A stretch of 61,672 nucleotides of DNA, the filler included, from Choristocarpus tenellus KU-1152 (Eukaryota; Protista; Phaeophyceae): the NCBI GenBank assembly GCA_964200185.2. It is 9 parts of 9 records of this genome, joined end to end, with 100 filler letters (N's around TTAATTAATTAA, not from the genome) between each part and the next. Parts side by side here need not be neighbours in the genome. Positions count along the whole stretch, not along the records: positions 48,364 to 55,124 come from CAXNAD020007406.1; positions 55,225 to 58,096 come from CAXNAD020024040.1; positions 58,197 to 61,672 come from CAXNAD020019782.1; 6 more parts are not named here. One strand, given 5' to 3'. Both the position numbers and the translations under genes were made by a program. Positions 53,291-61,672 of this stretch are shown in pieces; position 1 is the first letter of the stretch, and each line of letters opens with the position of its first letter. The notes below the pieces were generated by a model. The model worked only from the letters and a program-made list of their open reading frames with translations, was not told the origin of the DNA and made no database searches.

Positions 53291-55124
53291 GGACCCCAAG
53301 GGGTTTCCTCCCCGAGCTATCTGGATGACACGTCCTTTTCGGCAAGGGGGATCAACCCTATTACCATAGCTGCTTTCGAGCAGTTAAAAACCAATCTCCT
53401 GGAGGTAGGCATCAATCTAAACATGGTCAAGACCTCTGCCGCACCTCTCCAGGGCCACCAACCCACGCCCTCCGAACTAGAGCTCCTTTCCGCAACAGGA
53501 ATCAACCTAGCCCCGAACCCCAGTGGTTTTGTTACTCTAGTAGGAACAGATGATTTCATTCGAGCTCACATGGCGGAGGTGATAGAGAGCTCTGGGACAC
53601 GAGCTTTAGCCGCACATCTCAGCGAGATGGAGGACAAGCAGGTGGCCTGGCTCCTCAACTCTTGGTCCCTCTCCTCCCGGCTAGGCTATCTTGTGAGGGT
53701 CACTCCCCCCCTCCTGGCACGCTCCACCATGGAGCAAGCAGACAACATCTCCCTGTCGACACTAGAGAGGGTAATGGAGATAGCTGATGCGACAGAGGTG
53801 ACAGATTTCTTTGAGGGAGGGTGCAACAATAGGTCTCCCCGCCTAGAGACCCACCAACAAGTACAGGCACAGACGCCTACAAGTGCGGGGGGCCTAGGCC
53901 TCTCCTCCATGAAACATCGCCAACATGCAGCTTTTGTAGGATCACTGGTGGCTACTCTCCCCACCCTCCTAGCAGGGCATCAAGGGCCTCATGGCGAGTC
54001 CTTCTCACAGGCTGTATGCACAAGCCTACAATACAAACCTTAGGATCATCCATACGCACCCTTCTTTCTACAGGTGTCCCCTCAGAAGACCTGGCTGGAA
54101 TTATTGGCCAAGACTGGGCAACTTGGGGGGGAACAGCACCACCTGCACCTGCTCCAGAGGTCCACATCCTGGCAGCCCATGACGCCAGGATCACAAGGAG
54201 GGCTCAGCACGAGATCACACGCCTCCTCAACGGGATCCGTTTCGACTGAGCCAAAGTATCTTAGAGGGTAGAGGCACGTCCATTTGGTGCCAAAATCCAA
54301 TGTTGCGATTTTTATGTAATTTTGGCTACCATGTTTGTTAGGAAGTGTCAATATCCCCGTTCCGGATACACCTTTTCATAACGTATACATTTTACCTACT
54401 CCAAAATTATTTTGGAGTAGGTAAAATGTCATTAAAAAAACATGGGAAGCCAAGCCCCAAATGGACAAACAGGGCACAACTCGTACCCTCTAAGATACGT
54501 TCACTCACTCCTTCAGGACACAGCTAACTGATCTTCCAAATGAGGCACACCAAGGGAGGGAAAGCTCTTCATTTGCCCTAGCGCGCCACCGGAGCCATTG
54601 GGGACAAGGAGGAAACGCCTGGGCCTCGACGCAACCGCTGGAACCAGCATGCCAGATCCCCCCTCAGGAATTCAAGCTTACAGTCAGCAGATCCCTAGGG
54701 AGAGAGGAGGCCCTATCAAACAGGTGCCCAGTGGCAGGGTGCAGGAGGCAAAATGTCGATACCGGACATGCCCGCGCTTGCCCCAGGGCAGGGAGACAGG
54801 TACGATAGCACACTCCAATAGTTAAACGCCTGCACCAACTATGCAAGGCGATGGGCATCCCTTGCACTACGGAGGAAGGTAACCCTTTCACTGTGGACCG
54901 GAATCTCCGCATGGATCTAGTATTCCACACAGGGGCACTAGCAGATGCTGGAACAGCTCCCTACAGGGACAAAGGTCTTCTGCTGGACGTCACCTTCGCA
55001 GAGGTACAGGCAATCTCCCACCTCACCAATTCATCCACCAGCAATGGTGTAGCTGCTGCTGCAGCTGAGGAGCGAAAGCGCACCCACTACGAGGGCTCCT
55101 TTAATCCTCGTAGTTATAACCTCA
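53291..55124 (+). mobile_element. CRE-like non-LTR retrotransposon remnant (RT C-terminus, zinc knuckle, restriction-like endonuclease)
   Basis: YLDD (~53318), GINLNMVK, GGLGL, CPVAGC...H..AC, then RMDLV...LLDVT...AAAAAEERKRTHY. Frameshifts occur near 54010 and 54800, and the ORF carries a MITE insertion. Confidence 0.85.
54248..54506 (+). mobile_element. MITE family A inserted in the retrotransposon ORF
   Basis: Both TIRs present; flanked by ACT/ACT. Removing it restores the host frame (…GIRFD-SFRTQL…). Confidence 0.9.
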
Positions 55125-57467
55125 NNNNNNNNNNNNNNNNNNNNNNNNNNNNNNNNNNNNNNNNNNNNTTAATTAATTAANNNNNNNNNNNNNNNNNNNN
55201 NNNNNNNNNNNNNNNNNNNNNNNNGATAATGCAAGTGAACTTTTCCTTGTTATGAACCAAATGGACACCCTGGTGCAAACCCCCCCCCCCCCCCAGATAC
55301 TTTGGTTCTAACTGACCTCTCTTGGGCATATCTCTAGCAAAGTGTTAATGATTCTCAAAGCTATTCTAAGGGGCTCAGCAGTTGAAAGAGGGCTTTTATC
55401 CTTCTTGTCCTTGTTAAAACCTATGGGTTTGGCTACAGCTACAACCCTTGTATACTACCTGGAATACTACATGGTCGTGACCAATGGTGTGCCTGGCTAT
55501 CTTCACTTGTCGTTTCTCAACTCTTAGTTCTACTCTGACGGGTTCAATCACTACAAGCTGCCTGGGTTGTGTTTGTACCTGATTTAAGACCCGGTCTTGT
55601 CATGTGTGATATAATACTCACCTAGGATCACCCCATCAACGTGTTTTAACTATTACCTGAATAGACTGGTATAAGGTGCATGGGTGATGTGGTAGTGCCC
55701 AAAAAATAACGACTCGGAGTAAAGTGTCGACAAGTCCAATATATTAGATCTAGAGCTTCAAGTTCCTAATGGCGTTTAAGAAACCGCCATAAAGAGTTAT
55801 TGCCTGCAACTGGTCTGACCACTTTGAGTCAATGGAGCTGAGCTAAAGTAGCCTTGAGTAAATATCAGGATTACATTTTTGAATTGCTTTTTTCTTTAAT
55901 AGCGGCAGTCCTATGCACACTTGTTGTTCACGTTTCATGTTGTATGCTTATGTTGTGTATATGTGTATATGTAGTGCATGCTATATGACCACGTACAGTA
56001 TGTGTATCTTGTTTATTTTTTCCTTTTTTTTATCCATCTCTTTCTCGTTCTTGTAGGGTATGCAGCTCCAGCAAGTGGCGTGTGACTTCTTCCGTTGAAA
56101 AGTCCACTTTACGTAGAAAATTCTTGAGTAACTACATAGAGTAGTATGTACAATTCATAGTACTAGAAGTCGTAGTTTCTGTAGTAGTAATAGTAGTAGT
56201 ATCACTGCTGTGGCAACCTTCACTCATGACCATGTGCTTCTTGCACCAGCATGTTTTACTACTCTGTAGTGATATGTTAGTGTGTGCAATATATATGTAG
56301 TCCTTATTCTAAGTGCATATATCATAAACATACGTTACACACACTACTACAGTGCAGCACCATCAGTATCACACGCATTCATAGAATGTGCCAAAAGCGT
56401 CTGCTGTTGTTTAGGTGCTAGACCCTTGCCTTCCATCTTGGAATACCACAGCAATAGCTATCGCATCACCTCATCATTTAATATCTTCACTAGAACATTG
56501 TTACATGATATTATTTCACCGTCATCATGTTCATTGTTGTAGTAGTAGTAGCAGCAGCAGTAGCAGTAGAACTAAGAGTACTAATTGATCATATCCATCC
56601 AATAATTGAACCTAATATGGTGATGATGATGGCGACTTTTTTATGTCACAGGCGATGTATCTTGATGTTGGTTTCATTAATGCCATATGACCTTGAAGTC
56701 CTAGATTTTACATATTTGTACTTCTCGACCATTTATTTATTAATTAGTACTTTTGATGCCGCATAGAGATGGTAAATGTTTGTTCAGTCCTGTTTTTATA
56801 TCCCCATAAATTCAATTAAGTGAATGATCGAAGTGAAAGATCCAGCATATTTGACGGCATTTCCTTTATGAAGCCCCCTACAAGCCTCGTCTACCCTACA
56901 GACTTGTGGATTGGGGCTACCAATCCCATCATGGCAAGCCGGGTGTCAAACAGGTCAACACGGCCCCCATCCGTCAAATGGTGAAGACAGACATTAAAGG
57001 TCAGCTACCTGTTCTAGAGTGGAACTGACCACAACATGTCGTAATGCTGGAAGTCTGTCCCAAAAAAGGCCAACTGGTTGCACAACTTCGTTTACTACCT
57101 GAATTAAACAATTACCTCCTGTCGAAGCAAATTAGGTTGTAATATTCGTACCCATCCTAGTGTCCAAGTGACCGCACTCCTCCACTTCCTGTAAGTATAG
57201 ATACCCAGGCAGGGATAAGTCACTTGACCCCATCAGGGTACGAAATCCATACCACACTTCTCTATGACCACACGAAAGACATCTCTAGCGTTCAGCTGTT
57301 GCAGACCAGTCTATCACACTACCATATTCACCGCCCAGTCGGATCCTTCTCCAGTTATCCGTTCCAGGAGGTTAGGAGACGAAGTTGACATGTTCTCTCT
57401 CTAGTTCAATTTCATTCCAACGTTGATGTTTTCAAAGTAAGAATGCGATATAATATACAGTTAATTG

Positions 57468-57539
57468 GCTCCTATAGCTCAGTGGTAGAGCGGCAGCTTA
57501 GTAAGCTGCAGGTCCTGAGTTCGACTCTCAGTGGGAGCT
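57468..57539 (+). tRNA. trnT-AGT: tRNA-Thr (anticodon AGT), intronless
   Basis: Acceptor stem GCTCCTA/TGGGAGC, D arm TAGCTCAGTGGTAGAGC, anticodon arm GCAGC-TTAGTAA-GCTGC and T loop GTTCGAC. It is followed by an oligo-T Pol III terminator, with a TATA-like TATAATATA upstream. Confidence 0.97.
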
Positions 57540-58697
57540 TTTATTTTCTCTGCTTACAATATTTAAACGTCGTTGTATCCGCAGTTGGTACCCAGGTTTT
57601 CAGTTTAGGATATTAATTAGTCTCGGTAAGCAAGGGGAAAGGTTATTGGATGAGTTAGATACGCGCACAGTAGGGGGGAGAGGGATAGGAGGCTATAGGA
57701 GAAAAAAGGCTGTCAAATCCCGTCTACGACATTTTCTGTTACAATCCAAGTAGCCCTATCCAGATGTGTCATGCGTTTTTGCTGGAGACACCCAACCCAG
57801 AGTGTTTCAACGCCAACCCAGAGTGTTTCAACGTGTGCAAATTACCTTGGGAGGTAATGCTATTTCTCAGTAGTGAAGATAAGAAGGTGTGAAGCCTCAC
57901 ACGACCCCCTTTGCTGAACGTGATTACGTGGTTGAAATTGGAAGAGTGACCTTGTGTGGTCTCTTCTCATTGCTTGTTTAATATTTATTTGTGCTTCCTA
58001 TCTAAGCCAACGGTTATGTCAAAGTAGTTGAATGCGGCATAAATACCAATACATAATCCCATAAATAATCCAGATGTACTATCTCATTAGTTACATNNNN
58101 NNNNNNNNNNNNNNNNNNNNNNNNNNNNNNNNNNNNNNNNTTAATTAATTAANNNNNNNNNNNNNNNNNNNNNNNNNNNNNNNNNNNNNNNNNNNNCCTC
58201 CCCCCCTCCCAGATACTTTGGGTCGTATGACACTCTGTTGTTGGAGAAAGAGGAATAATGTGTGGCAATATATAACATTATACATTCTGTACACACAACA
58301 AATTCAGAACACGTGGTTAGTGAGACACAACAATCTTTCTCGGACTCTAAATTACTAGGTACCCTAAAACAACACATGTTCATTTTCGTAAGTGTGACAT
58401 TGGGTAACATTTCCAAAAAAAGGTATAATAATTATCACGCCTCTTTTAAAAAGCAACAACAACAATGTGTACACGCGCTCAAAGAAGTTCCTGAACTAAT
58501 GGAGGGATGAAGTCATACTATTGTAGACATAGGAGTCAATGTGTCGTAGCAAGTCATCATCATGCGTTCGCATATCCGATTTTATCAATATCTACCTTAT
58601 AAAAGGCCTCTCCGTTGTAGTGCACAGGGAAACCCCCCTGCCATCATGAACCACCACTGCAGTATTTATCTCACTTTTTCGAATACATTCTTGAAAA

Positions 58698-58881
58698 GGC
58701 TCAAAATATCTGTGGGGGAGGGGGGGGTGTTATACACCAGGGTGTCCATTCGGGCTCTGACCAGGAGAAATGGAACTTACAATATCCATCCGACGCATGC
58801 AACCAAATCACCAAAAAATCGCAACATGGAAAAATGGACCCTGAATGGACAGCCACCACGCCCCCCCACATACTTTGAGCC
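58698..58881 (-). mobile_element. MITE family B, probable TSD AAA
   Basis: GGCTCAAAATATCTGTGGGG...CCCCACATACTTTGAGCC. Confidence 0.75.
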
Positions 58882-61443
58882 AAACCAAACCCCCAGCTTT
58901 CACTCTAACTGTAACGTATGTGTGAAAAATATCCCTAACCAGCCAAGTGAACATACTAGAAGAAGGGATGGAGGAGTACAATATGAACAGTGGAATCACC
59001 ACCTCTCCAGGATCCACCACCTTTCACATTTTCACACACATTTTGGAGAACCTAACCCTAACCCTCATCTCTCATCAGTGTGTGAAAAACACCCTTAAGA
59101 TTTGTTTGAAGAACTAAAAAAACTATGACAGGGGTGGTTGCCAAAGATATGGGAATTATCTTGTGCACTTCACCTCTTACAAATACCATTTTGGAAACGT
59201 TAATTTTTGATGTTTTTTATACTGCAGCATTAGTATTGATTACTGATACTTATTCAGAAATATTGATTCGAATGTTTGAAGATTTTTCGAGTGGTAAGAT
59301 AAATCTTTTATCTCAGTAAGTTGGTTGAGTACATACTGCCATTTCTATATCGTTTCCCAGTCTTCTCATCGTTCTTGTTCTCTCCATCTATTTCTACCTT
59401 TTTCTTGCTACTACTATAGATGCTATATCGCTGCACTGCTGATTCTGACCCTCTTCAAATCCTCGTCCTCCTACTCCCCTCCTTTATTGATGTGAATGTT
59501 GTTGTAGCTGCAGTTACTATCCATCAATGATATTCATTCTCAATCATATTTTCCCGTTCTTCCAGTAGGATAAGATCCAGAAGAACAACAACATAATTCA
59601 CATAGCAATAGTAGGAGTACATCAAGCACTGTAATAGTGCTGCCACATACGCAATATAGCGGTGCTAATAGAAGCTGCAGTTGAAAGTGTGTTACTTCGA
59701 TGATAGGGGTAGCAGTTCTCAATTTGTTCAAAAACATCTGTTGTGTGAGTCTCTTTATACTGTTTGTTGTACTACGGAGTAGAAGAGGTAGTAGTATTAA
59801 TAACACAAATTACTTGCTGCGGCTGTTTCAGAGAGAGGATGCTACTGTAGCTCTATCACAGCACAGCACCTACCTGTATTGCATTAAAAAAATAAACTTC
59901 TACATAAGCTCATACTGGGAGTATTTAATGCAATGAATGGACACGAGTTACACATTTACTGTCAACATTTCATTGGAGGTGTTCATAGTGGTTATTACCC
60001 AAGGAGTGCCCGTCTTCCAAGAAACTATATCTATCCATTGGTACCTACTGTTCGATTAGACTATTCCAACTCTATTGGACAGTTACGGTAAAATATGTAT
60101 GGAGTAAAGGAACAATCAATTAGTGGTTGAGTTATCAGAACCCTTTACTAGTGATTAGTTGTATGACAAAAATGATAATATAAAAGGAAATATTTATGAT
60201 TTTATGGGGTGCTGCATGCCTCACTTAACTTTAATCAATCACTCTACAGACATCAAGCAATCTCGCCGGGTTTATCACCTTTATCCTCTTTGATGATTTG
60301 GGAGATATTTTAACACCTACCCGATTGTAACCTCTCTTCGTACATTGACTGCGATCAATTCATGTAATATATGCACCGGAGAATCCCCACCTGATTCATG
60401 CCTATCATGAGAGCTTCATCTTCGTTGCAGCCAACACCAAGAAAGCCTCTCTTGTCCCTCCTGATTACACCTCCACCAAATATTAGTGGGTATTATACTT
60501 AACCAATAACACCCTTCACGGAGATAGCAATTAGTACTTACGATTACTACTGTACTTTGAAGTGAATCATGTACGGTGCCTGACCTGACATCATCCTATG
60601 GTTGGTGGAGAATATACACACACACTTAATACTAACACAAACACAGCGCACAGTACACATGCACACAGTTTCCTGCTTGTCTCGCAACAGGTAAAAGGAA
60701 CAACGCATTAATAACAACTGTTTTTTCGAAGTATAGAGGTCTATCTACCCTACTTTGTGCGAGTGGCCAGTATGGACCAAGAACCCAGGGACAGGCGAGT
60801 GGAGAATGTGTATATGATAAGGTAGTGGTCTTATGCCCTTGCCCATTGACTCAATGTACGATATAGTAATAACTTCAACAGTGATTTACATGTTACAGAT
60901 CACGCCAGTGTTGAAGGTCTGTACTCATTGAATTTTGAGTTGAAAGTGACTTTCTCATACACTCCATGCGAAAAGGATATATCGTTCACTAAAAGGGTAT
61001 CTCCTCATAAAGAAAACTGCCTACATGAAGGAATGGTGTGCATAGGCGATCAGTGCCAACAACCTCTACTCCAGAAATATTCAATCTATTTATTACCCTT
61101 TCACGTCTGAAGTATCATCCACAGTACTCCTTTTCAAACCTAGAAATCTAATAAGCTAAGACTAACAACTATAGGAACTCTATTTTTGAATAGAGGAGTA
61201 AGTTACTTTGTTGTAAATACCACAAGCATCAGGAATGTGTTCACTTCCAAGAGATCAAACTTCACTCCAAACAATTAACTGAGATGAAGCCACACCAAAA
61301 ACATAATGTCTGTGGCACCACTCACAATTCACTACTATTTATTGACACTATATAAAAACTATTCCAAAGTGAGACTAGAATCTCGACTAAAACAAAAAGA
61401 AGAAGCCTCATTCTTCGCAAACTATAATACACCTTGCAATCAA

Positions 61444-61620
61444 GGATCAAAGTATCTGGGGGGGAGTGGCGGCTGTCCATTTGGGACCCATTTTTCCATG
61501 TCGCAATTTTTGGGTGATTTGGTTGCATGTATCGGATGGATAATGTAAGAGCACCTTTACTGGTCAGGGTCCAAATGGACACCTTGGTGTAGACCCCCCC
61601 CCCCCCCCCCCCCCCACCCC
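61444..61620 (+). mobile_element. MITE family B, right end degenerate (end fragments also at ~55225-55307 and 58197-58224)
   Basis: GGATCAAAGTATCTGGGGGG...GTCCATTTGGG...AAATGGACACC...poly-C. Confidence 0.7.
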
Positions 61621-61672
61621 TAGACCGGACGAAGAACAGCAAAGCGAGGCTTCTTTCATACAGTGAAGATGG

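Noticed and set aside
3503-58196. Recurrent TTAATTAATTAA palindrome
   Set aside because: It is always centred in identical 100-nt N spacers, so it is an assembly linker and not biology.

Overview
This is eukaryotic, intron-rich nuclear DNA. It is most likely from a photosynthetic stramenopile (brown-algal lineage or a relative); that is an inference from gene structure, (TTAGGG)n repeats and TE types. The window is not one contig: nine segments are joined by artificial 100-nt spacers (N44-TTAATTAATTAA-N44), so adjacency across spacers is unproven. Spliced genes read by hand, mostly partial: Rab3GAP catalytic subunit (1-3188), RAD50 coiled coil (3687-9576), a class I/II aminotransferase (9794-11428), the C-terminal part of importin-11 (17 exons, 12404-28073), an orphan rhodanese-like exon, an SFT2/Got1 gene and tRNA-Thr(AGT). 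From about 30 kb on, the sequence is mostly a TE graveyard. It holds a ~260-bp MITE family (GAG...CTC ends, 4-bp TSDs, at least 11 copies), a decayed Sola2-like transposase that could be its partner, and a related ~180-bp MITE family. It also holds a mariner-like transposase split and half-inverted at MITEs, and CRE-like non-LTR retrotransposon remnants. The most notable signals are pervasive intronic telomere-type repeats, CpG-poor gene bodies versus CpG-rich promoters, frequent AAG/GAG splice acceptors, and the Sola2/MITE system with a MITE-associated inversion. I found no convincing wholly novel multi-gene system.
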